NCBI GenBank assembly: GCA_951406725.2
Contig: OX597819.1
Span: forward strand, 102,424,001 to 102,488,000
DNA: 64,000 nt
Direction: 5' to 3'
DNA from: Octopus vulgaris
Lineage: Eukaryota
The notes beneath the pieces were generated by a model. It saw nothing but the letters and a program-made list of their open reading frames with translations. It made no database searches and had not been told where the DNA came from. The position numbers and the translations under genes were made by a program. Shown piece after piece: positions 53,952 through 64,000 of this stretch; the stretch's first letter is position 1; every line of letters begins with the position of its first letter.

Positions 53952-55300
53952 ATATATATATATACACTTACGTATACATATAAATGTGTCTGCCTGTACC
54001 AGCGAGAGCGGGAAATAGATTATGAGTCGTATATGTAAGAGGAATTAATTCCATTGTCTGTAAATATATATATATATATATATATGATTGTAGTTGTATG
54101 TGTATGTAAATGGCTAGTCTATACATGTGCTTATTGTGTAAGAGATTTTGGTAAAAGTAGGACGAGGGAGAGCAAAAATGATGAGTGTATACGTGTCTGC
54201 ATATGTATGTGTCTATGCATTAGTGTTTATCTCTGTCTTTGTGTTATGTAAGTATGTGTTTGAAGTAAATCGTATATATGGGAGAGCTGAATGAGGGGGG
54301 AGGGAAGAGAGAGAGATGAGGAAAGAAAAGTTAAGGGAAGAGAGAGAGAGATGGGGAGAGAGAGGGAAGGGAAGAGAGACAGAGAGAGCAGGGGATAATA
54401 TGGAAAGTTATGAGCGGATTATCTCTGAGGTTAATTAATCTATGTATCTGCACCTCTTTTCATTCATCTGCTCATCAACTTGTATATCTGCGGTATTTCC
54501 AACATTCCTTTACTGAGGGACATATAGCTGCAGGCTGGCTGCAAATACACATTTGGTTGCATCTGCATTATGCGATCATTGCTATAATATGCACCAAGCA
54601 GTCATTGAGTGCAATCTCTTGGTGTATGCAAAAAACAAAAAAAAAAAGATACTAAATAATAAAATAAAGAAAAAAAACAAGAGCGACCACAACAAAAAGA
54701 AGCATTTTTTTCTACCTGGCTGTTACAATTGTCAGTTTACAATGCTTGAATGTCTGTATGTACGTATGTCTCACAAGGCCAAAGCTCTCCCTATCTGTCT
54801 ACATCTACATCACACATTAGCCATCTGCCCTCATTCGATTTATATGTCTATATCCCTCGTTTTCTTCTCTATCGTAAGCTTATTCATAACATCTCTGCTT
54901 ATATAAGTGTATATACCATACTCTCTGTGGCCTCTTATTATTTTTATCATCCACTCTTTCTTCTTGTATATATATGCATACATACATATATATATGTATA
55001 TATGTATATATATTCGTATATTATATTCGTGTACACAGACATATACATATATATATACATATATATATACGCATATATATTCGTATATATATATATAATA
55101 TATATATGCATGCATTATAAGTATATATATGTATGTATATGTATATCTATGTATATTAATTTTTACGTATGTAGTCCCTGTCTCTGTATATATATATATG
55201 TATATAGATATATATATTAGAAGAAATGAGGTACTCAGAAAATCGGATGGTTTATATTTACAGATATTTATTTGTATATTACATTTTTTATATATCATAT

Positions 55301-55337
<37 letters not shown>

Positions 55338-55387
55338 TTATAACATATGTATGCATATATTATGTAAATTATGCGCATATATGAGTT

Positions 55388-55424
<37 letters not shown>

Positions 55425-55434
55425 GATTATATAT

Positions 55435-55471
<37 letters not shown>

Positions 55472-55778
55472 TTATATATACACATATATACATACACATA
55501 CACACACACATTCGCACACACACACACATATATATTTCAAATTTATAGAAAACAAACGAGGAAGACAGATGAAGAGATAAACTGGTGCACTAGTTTGACA
55601 CTTGAGAAGAATGGAAACATTTTTGACGTTGAAAAAAAAATAGAGGACGAAAAAACGATGAGAGAGAAGAAAGTGGTGTAGGGATTAAAAGTTTAACATG
55701 CTAAAATGACCGGAAGAAAGATGCTGAGTTTAAGGGATTTAAAGACTGTGATCCGGCTGAACCGGCGTACGCAAGCGC

Positions 55779-55812
<34 letters not shown>

Positions 55813-56734
55813 ATAAAAACACGCACACACACATAGGCACGTATACACATATAGATATGTATGTATTATGCATGTATGCATATATATAAGTATGTATATG
55901 CACATATGCACATAGTTTTCCGATGATTTACACACTACTCATTTCGTCAAGTTTCTTTAAGCTCAGTTTTTGTTGTTGGCAAATTTTTTATTTTCTTTTT
56001 GTTTAGACAGATTGGACAAAACAAAACAAGAGGAGATACGCAGGATGGAGATTCGCTGGAGAGGTCAGAAGATGTGTGGCGAAAGATTTCCAGACAAAGG
56101 ACACTAAAATATAAACAGTTATAAAACTTAAGGGAAAACAATTGGAAAAGAAAAAAAAGACCATCCTTAAATATAACAATGTCTTGGTTCCACGAATAAG
56201 GCGTCGATTCATATCAAAACGAAAATTAATATAACAAATCAGCTTTAAACAGAAAAGTTTTGAACGGAAATTACGAAATTGAAAAATATCTACGAAGTAA
56301 CTGTAAACTCAATCTTAAGAAACGAAGGAAAATTTTAGATCTTTATATTTAGCAAATCATCAAGATTTTTAAAGGATATATTGATAATTTAACTTAGATT
56401 GGTTCCGGCTAGTATCGGCCCAGGCCATAACTAACTTAACAGCGCTTCGTGGAAATGTCTTTTAAGTCATGTTTCGGGACACCATGCACCACTCCGTGTC
56501 CGGGGGTTGGCGGTTTGTCTGGTACTTCTTAGAGGGATGAGTACAAGTAGCGTTTGAATGTTGTGTGGTCTTTTTCTAATTTAATTTCTCTCGAAATAAC
56601 GTTGAATAATGCAGAACCATTTGAGGTAAAAAGTAGTGTGACAATGTTCTTATGTGATGTGAACTCGATTTCTTCAGGGGACGTATAGTGTGGGGGTCTA
56701 AAATGCTCAGTTACTGCATAATAATTTTTGTGAT

Positions 56735-56876
56735 GTTCTCGACACGGTCCTGAACACTTTGCTTTTCGTTGTTTCGGGGTCGATAAAATAAGTAACAGTC
56801 GAGCGCTGAGGTCAACACAGACGAATTGCATCCTCCTCTGAGATTTCTGTGCTTGTGCCAAAATTCGAAACCAATA
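56735..56876 (+). mobile_element. Degenerate SINE family S2 core and tail T2
   Basis: ACTTTGCTTTTCGTTGTTTCGGGGTCGATAAAATAAGTAACAG...CTTGTGCCAAAATTCGAAACCAAT. Confidence 0.6.
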
Positions 56877-56952
56877 TTAAAAGAACTAATGTCTAATAAA
56901 AGAAGGCGTGATTTGCGTGTTAGTACAATGTATATATATACGTATGCATGCT

Positions 56953-57020
<68 letters not shown>

Positions 57021-57845
57021 TGTATTTATTCCTATACATATATATATATATATATAAATAGGTAGACAAACACACATATATGTATATACATGCATTGACA
57101 TGAGTGTGTGTTTTTGTGTGTATGTACGTACAAAGATACATGCTTACAGACACATGCACACGCGCACACATACACAGAAACAGACACACACACATATGTG
57201 TACATACATCGAATGATACGTGTTTGTGTGTATTAATATAGAATGTCCAGAATCATCATTAATTTCTCATATAACTATTAAGCATTCTAGAGTAGTATGA
57301 AATCCGTTCGTTGCTACAACGCATATCTTATCGCACGCTTACACACACACATACACACACACACAAACACACATACACACATACACACAACCGCTCTCTC
57401 ACATATACACATGCCAATTAATCATTCAACAGCCTTCACATGAGGTTAAATATGTATAAATGTTGGAGCAATAACATTTACACCATACAAAGCTTAAACG
57501 AAAGTCAGTATTACACATTACTGAAAGGCTGAAGCCGAGAAACAAGCCAAGAAATACTGGTTTTGTAATCTGCCGCTGGTACTCACAAATCTGATGCTAC
57601 CCATGGGAAAATTACCATTAATCATGCTTTAAAAAGACATGGCTGTGTTCCTGTGTAAGACAAACATTCGCTACGAAAGTGTGTTCTCTGCGGCATACAT
57701 TCAATTTGCATACATCTATATGTGAATGTGTGATTAGCATGTGTCTTCGTAAGCGTGCGTATGTTTGTGTGTTTGTGTAAGAGAGGGAGATAAAGAAGGA
57801 AAAGATAGAGAGATAGACAGATAGATTGATAAAGAGAGAAAGATC

Positions 57846-57882
<37 letters not shown>

Positions 57883-57992
57883 TTAGCATCATCTTTAAAA
57901 TCGCTTTCATATTAAACGTTGTTCACTGTCAAATTTAGCATTAGTAGAGCTTTAGGAAAATGTTTGGTAAGAATGTAAATTTGCAGTTACAA

Positions 57993-58249
57993 CCACTAAT
58001 ACTAATACTACTACTATTACTGATGATGATGATAGGGTTGATGATAATGATGATGATGATGATGATGGTAAGTACTGCTGCTGCTGCTGCTACTACTACT
58101 ACTACTACTATTAACTACGAATGCTACAATTACTACTACTGCAGCTGCTACCATCACCACCACCTCCACCACTGTCGCCGCCGCCACAGCTTCCACTGCC
58201 ACCACCACCGCTGCTGCTGCTGCTACTACTACTACTACAACAACTACTA

Positions 58250-58287
<38 letters not shown>

Positions 58288-58303
58288 ACTACTACAACTA
58301 CTA
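57993..58303. repeat. Mosaic trinucleotide array (ACT, GAT, GCT, CAC)
   Basis: Direct reading. Confidence 0.9.
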
Positions 58304-59071
58304 AGTTTTTAATGATATAATGACTGCCTTTTCTGCCGTTATTATAATGGCTGTTGTCCCTCGGAGTTCGTTGGTCTCCTACCATCTCCACTGAAGCATT
58401 TTGTAACCCAATCGGTCTCTGTTCATTTATTACCCTTTTTTCTTGCAGCTTTTTCCCATTCACATGAAGCCCTACGCTAAACATTGTGTCCAAACCTTTC
58501 TTCCTTTCTTCACAAGACATGGGTCCTCTGAAATCCCCAATTTCCAAGTATTGATTTGCAATAGCTTAAACGGATCGTTAACGGCAGCATGCTTTTATGG
58601 GGTTCAGAGGGTCTGCAAAGGCCGTGAGGACAGTTCCTACCTCCAGACTCAGCAAATGAATAAATTATTTAATTAAATGTGAAAACTACATTCGAAAAAT
58701 CTTGTTTTGTTGTGGGCCAGAAAATGCAGTTATGTTTAGTTGCTGAACGCATGATAAACTCAGGGTGGATGTATTTTAGGGTACTGTATATGTTGGTGTG
58801 GATAGTGTTGGTGTGGATAGTGGTGCTCTTTAGATTTATGCCAACACTGGAGGAGCAGGCCGTATTCCTATGCAAATTGTATCTTAATTTACATTGTATG
58901 TAAGTCGGTAGGGTGTGATATGAGGGATGTATAACGGCAATATTTTGTGTTTCGAGTTGCGCATAATACCGTTCATACACAAAATATATACTTTGATATT
59001 ACTGCACACACGAATTATCATAGTCGATACGGAAAAATATAATTCTCATTTATAATTCTGATTCGTTCCTC

Positions 59072-59290
59072 AATCCAAAAGATTGTGCTGACAAGTACTG
59101 CCCACATCCTTAGAAAAATTCCATCCACTTAAATATCTGTGTAATATTACATGAAGATATTTCGCTACTGCCTGTGCCACTCCCCCTCGCCAAGCCTTCA
59201 GTCAAACTGTAACATCCCTTATCCTACACTCGACCTAGGACCCTGGGTGTGTCTCGGCAAGTGATTGTAACAAACATGCAGATTGAAAGT
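59072..59290 (+). mobile_element. R4/Dong-like LINE extreme 3' end (family A)
   Basis: IQKIVLTSTAHILRKIPST*, then 3' UTR ending CATGCAGATTGAAAGT-AAATAATAATAAT; homologous to 61181-61400 in reverse. Confidence 0.8.
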
Positions 59291-59303
59291 AAATAATAAT
59301 AAT

Positions 59304-59628
59304 AAAGAAATGGAGAAACTTTCAAAATACAAAGACCTGGAAATAGAGGTAACCAGAATGTGGAATCTGAAAACAGAAGCAATTCCTATCATAGTAGGTG
59401 CATTAGGCATGATAAAAAAATATTCAGACAAATACATAACAAAAACACCAGGACTTACAAACACATATAACATACAGAAAATTGCACTACTAGGCACTGC
59501 ACACATCCTACGCAGAACACTTTCCATACAATAACCATCAGAGCATCACAACAAATCAGAGCACATACCCAAGGCTCACAGAGCTGCGCTCGGTAGTGAA
59601 GTGAAAGCACGCTATAAAAATAAAACTA

Positions 59629-59631
<3 letters not shown>
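59304..59631 (+). mobile_element. R4/Dong-like LINE 3' end (family B), 5'-truncated in (AAT)n
   Basis: Uninterrupted KEMEKLSKYKDLEIEVTRMWNLKTEAIPIIVGALGMIKK...IQKIALLGTAHILRRTLSIQ*; (AAT)n on both sides. Confidence 0.9.
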
Positions 59632-59702
<71 letters not shown>

Positions 59703-59743
59703 TAATAATAATAATAGTAATAATAATAATAATAATAATAATA
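59632..59743. repeat. (AAT)n microsatellite
   Basis: Direct reading. Confidence 0.95.
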
Positions 59744-60239
59744 CTTTTTTGTCACATTTGGCGTAAATAGCATTTAGAACCATACAGAAACTGAGGCATC
59801 TAGGGATTTACATCAACAATTATATGAAATAAAATGCATAAAAAATTAACGAAAGAATTATGACAACTTCTCACATATGGGGAAAATTCAAGAGTGTATA
59901 ATGAATCCACTTCTCCGATCCCGAGTCACCCTGCGTATTATGAGTACCATGGCTAGATTTCTCCTATCCCCCGTACTTTTCAGTCGGCAGACACATGAAT
60001 AGAGTAGGTATTCAGTAAGGCAATTCTAACTGCATTCACCTACTTTTTTACAAATTTACTACTGTGCAGCACCTCCCTTTACACTCTCACTTTTCTCACT
60101 TCTGAAACTTGAAAAAATTGATGAGGGTTTGACCGAAAAGAAAAGTGTCTTATTCCAGTTTTCTCAGTCGCGTCCACCATTCAACCTATTTCGCTATAGC
60201 CAGCAGATGAAAATTGCCTGCTCTTCTTGGCCAATGGAA

Positions 60240-60700
60240 TGTGGTGAGGCGATATTTATAATGGAGACGGCTGGATGCGCCTTGCACCTGATAGCAATCT
60301 CGAGCACTATATGAGGGTGTGCAGGCGTGACTGACGATATTACCATGCCTGTAGACTTTATACCAAATATTCAGTGCTACTCACTCCCCAGTATCACTGC
60401 TCTGCCAGGAGTGTTTGGCAATTATCCAAGGAGCCCGGCCAGAACAAACCAGAGTTTCCCTATTGATATAATGGCTCACACTCACCACTATTTCACATTA
60501 GAACACCATGGTATAATATCCATAGAATGCATTGACTCACTGTCAGAGAGCTAGGAGCGCCTGACAGTGCACTTATTGCGTACTGACCTGCCTCGGTCCA
60601 CGCTTGATCCTGGATTGCAGCTTTGTCAAAGAAATTATCAAACGGTGACCAAACCCGCTCGCCGTCAAGGAAACTCTAAAGATGTCTCAGCCCATGTTTA
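60240..60700 (+). mobile_element. Very old RTE-like reverse transcriptase relic
   Basis: In order: GC-/LAPDS (like QGCVLAP), TDDIT (like YADD), LGPRLILDCSFVKEIIKR (like YLGS..D....EI..R); needs several frameshifts. Confidence 0.35.
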
Positions 60701-60819
60701 TTTATGGTTATCCACGGCATGCCATGTTCTCCACGTAATAGCAAATGCCCTATTGTGTCGTTAAATGTGTTTCAGAATCTACATTTAGGGCCAGAACCAT
60801 TTTGAAGAACGTTTGACTG

Positions 60820-60977
60820 GTAGCCTACGGTACTATTCTATTCGCGCTTTCAGCTATCTAAAACTTTCCTGATTATTCCGGCCATGCCAAATAGGCAAAA
60901 CTTTTGTAGCAGTTCTCCTGAACACTCTATTCCAATTTGCTTTATATGACTCTTGATGCCGGCTGATACTGTTCCCT
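60820..60977 (-). mobile_element. R4/Dong-like LINE 3' end (family C)
   Basis: GTVSAGIKSHIKQIGIECSGELLQKFCLFGMAGIIRKVLDS*; homologous to 31033-31190. Confidence 0.8.
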
Positions 60978-60980
60978 CTT

Positions 60981-61079
<99 letters not shown>

Positions 61080-61088
61080 GTTATTATT

Positions 61089-61181
<93 letters not shown>
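60978..61181. repeat. (TCT)n-(TAT)n-(CAT)n-(TAT)n array
   Basis: Direct reading. Confidence 0.95.
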
Positions 61182-61562
61182 GCCTTTTTTAATCTGCATG
61201 TTTGTTACAATCACTTGCCGAGTCACACCCAGCTTCCTAAGGTGAGTGAAGGATTAGAGACGTTACAATATGACTGAAAGCTTGGCGAGAAGAAACGGCA
61301 GGAGCAATAGTTAAATATCTTCATGTAATACAACACATACATTTAATTTGATAGGATTTTTCTAAGGGTGTGGGCAGTACTTAGCACAATCTTTTGGATT
61401 TCTCTGAGACATGATTCTCCTGGGATATTATCTAGATGTTTCTCTTATCCTTAGTTTATCATACATAGGGCACCAGCAGCAACAGAAATTGTTCTCGCTG
61501 AGAGATGCCACATCTTTGATATTTAAATTTTTAGGTCCTTATCTTTACTTAATTTGTCAAAT
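61182..61562 (-). mobile_element. R4/Dong-like LINE 3' end (family A)
   Basis: FDKLSKDKDLKI*ISKMWHLSARTISVAAGALCMI...LREIQKIVLSTAHTLRKILSN*, then 3' UTR matching 59130-59290. Confidence 0.85.
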
Positions 61563-61585
61563 TATATTTATTATCATTATTATCA

Positions 61586-61667
<82 letters not shown>

Positions 61668-61684
61668 TTATTATTATTATTATT
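61563..61684. repeat. (TTA)n microsatellite
   Basis: Direct reading. Confidence 0.95.
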
Positions 61685-63262
61685 GTCTTTGCACAGCTTC
61701 TAACGCTGGTGATGTACTATGGTGTCAGCTGTTCACTACCAATGAACTAAGGTAACACCTCTTATTTTTCGAGCAGCTTCCGGAGTATTCGAGCGGTTCC
61801 AAGCAGTACTGTTTTCTGCAAGTGCTCAACCCTTATTGCAGCTCCTATTTGTTCCATGTACTTCTCAAGATTTTTACTCACTGTTCCCACAGCTCTGACA
61901 ATTATTGTTACTACCAGCGCATTTTTCATCGACCACAACTGCTTAACCTCCCAAGGTAACTTGTCATATCAATCGACTTTTCTTTCTTCCTTATCGCATA
62001 CCTTGTTCTCAGCTGGGCATACTATATCTATGATCCAGCATAGTTTCCTTTCTTTCTCAATTAAGACTATGACTGAGTTCCTATTCTCTATCTCATACTT
62101 GCACTGAATCATAAAATCCCACAGGATCTTTGCATTATCATTTTCGATGATGCCTTCGGGTTTGTGGTCGTATCAATGTTTTCCTCTGTCAAGTCCATAC
62201 TTGTAAAGTGTTCAATGAACAAACCTTGCTATATTGTCGTGGTGTCTCATATTCCTTCTGGGCTAGTGGCGTACTTTGGCTGGTAATATACCATACGGCT
62301 TCACCATTTTGTTCACAGATTCTGCACTTATCACTTTCTGATGTGTTGTCTATTCTGTATTTTATGTTGTTTGTTCTTAGTGCTTGCTTCCTAAGCTTAA
62401 AGCCCCCGTTTCCGTTTTTAAATCACTTTTAGTCATCCACAGCAATCTTTTCCTGTCTGTCTTACCTTCAATATCCCTACGAAATATTCCATATATTCTC
62501 TTCTTAACCCACCTATTTTCAGTTTCATTTGTTTTCAGTTGCTTGTATAGTGCTTTATCTTTGCAATCTTTCATCCTACACAGGTCTGACCGTCTTACCT
62601 CTAATAATAGCGGTTCTGTGTCACTTTTTACATAGCATGCTATGTTGTTTTCATCTGATTTAATGCTGTGTTCACATCCAATACGTTCTCTTCCCCTTCT
62701 TTTTCTTGGTACATGCAGTCTGGGTCACTTTTTGGGTGGAGTGTACCAAATTAGTTAGCAACTTCCTTGTCTTAGCTGTTTAGCTCGTCTACTGTTCATG
62801 CGATTACTCCTGTTATATATCTAAGGAGTGAAGCCACCCAGGTGTTGATAGCGTCAATCTTATTCCGTCCGTTTAATTTCGACTTAAGAATCAGTCTCAG
62901 TCTGCGCAAGTACTCTATCGTATTTTTTCTACTGAAAGTATTCACCGTATACTGAAAGTATATACCGTATCAACGAGGGAAGTGACTTAGGCTTACCATA
63001 TAGTTTGAAGTCATCCATGAATAACACATGGTTGACATTTTGTTGACGGCTTTTGAATATATGCCCAGCTTTTGCTTTCCTCAGAATCAGTGTTAGTGGT
63101 ATCAAGCACAGTGCAAAGATCAGTGGGGACATGCTGTCTCCTTGGTAGATGCCCCTCCTGATTTCTACTGTCCCTAAACTTTTTCCGTATGCTGTCAGTT
63201 CCGTCCTCCAATTCGCCATACTTTTTCCAAGCAATCGCTCAACATTCCATGAAATACCAAAT
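61685..63262 (-). mobile_element. 5'-truncated R4/Dong-like LINE (family E): RT, thumb, CCHC, RLE, 3' UTR
   Basis: IRRGIYQGDSMSPLIFALCLIPL...NHVLFMDDFKLYGK; EYLRRLRLILKSKLNGRNKIDAINTW; WMTKSDLKTET; C-terminus LQKTVLLGTARILRKLLEK* (stop 61762-61764); RT domains 6-7 appear deleted near 62930; tail runs into (TAA)n. Confidence 0.92.
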
Positions 63263-63423
63263 AGGAGGAGGAGAAGAGGAGGGGGAGTAACAGTAGTAGT
63301 AGTATTAGTAGTAGTAGTAGTAGTAAGAGTATTAGTAACAGTAGCGAAACCTACTACATTATTAATATTAGTAGTAATTGTGGTAGTGGTTTGGTGACGG
63401 TAGTGGCAGTTGTAGTAGTAGTA

Positions 63424-63480
<57 letters not shown>
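63263..63480. repeat. (GGA)n/(AGT)n trinucleotide array
   Basis: Direct reading. Confidence 0.9.
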
Positions 63481-64000
63481 CATCGGAAGCAGCTTCAACA
63501 GCATCAATTGCACTTGTAATAGCATGAATACATGAATAACCGTTTATACCTTATATGTGACAGTAGAGATGTGAATTCATAATGAAGAGAAAAAGTGAAA
63601 AAAAGAAAGGAAACAAGAAAAGAAAAAAAGACAAACAACCAACAAACTGTAAAATAAAGTAAATGCAAGGTTAATCTGTCTTAATCATTGATTGTAATTA
63701 TTACTTCGAACTCTGTTACAGAAGTTTTAGTGGAAGAGGAGAAAAATGAGAAATAAATGTATTTAGATTTTTATTGAGAAAGGAGATCTATGTTTTATAG
63801 CTTTTCTCTCTATCGTTTCAAGTGTTCCCAAAGCCAATGCTTTCTTCTTCTCTTCTCCTCTCACTCCATCACCACCAAAAGGTCATTAGGTCAAATGATA
63901 GTCTCCAATCACTGTCATCAAACTTAAACTTGATATTTCATCGTTCAGCCCGAAGGCTCTTGTAAGGATCAGCCCTTTGACAGGTCAATAATGTAATACT

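Noticed and set aside
57960-58547. Poly-Cys/Tyr/His/Ala ORFs
   Set aside because: Trinucleotide repeats; the unique part has no recognisable domain.
62929-63525. 198-aa ORF with apparent signal peptide and RT motifs
   Set aside because: The N-terminal half is (CTA)n repeat fused by chance to a truncated LINE.

Overview
AT-rich, extremely microsatellite-dense animal genomic DNA, intergenic or intronic. The SINE repertoire looks to me like an Octopus-type coleoid cephalopod (recognition only, not verified by search). No intact host CDS, rRNA, true tRNA or CRISPR array is supportable; nearly all ORF-track entries are translated (TA)n/(CA)n/(CATA)n/(ATCT)n or trinucleotide repeats. Real content: (1) many tRNA-derived SINEs with swapped tails; (2) decayed non-LTR retrotransposons, namely ten R4/Dong-like fragments (RT, CCHC, restriction-like endonuclease), mostly abutting (TAA)n or (CATA)n tracts with fixed polarity, plus CRE-like, CR1/L2-like and probable RTE-like relics; (3) two defective mariners and mariner-type MITEs; (4) several long foldbacks. 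The most interesting signal is a set of minimal type I hammerhead-ribozyme (HHR) motifs in three unrelated short repeats: a perfect 68-bp-arm palindrome encoding the HHR on both strands (9130-9266), a three-copy Penelope-pLTR-like repeat in (TA)n tracts, and a TSD-flanked tRNA-headed SINE whose 3' part is an HHR (25328-25601). A few + strand splice-site-bounded segments may be exons of an unrecognised transcript (low confidence).
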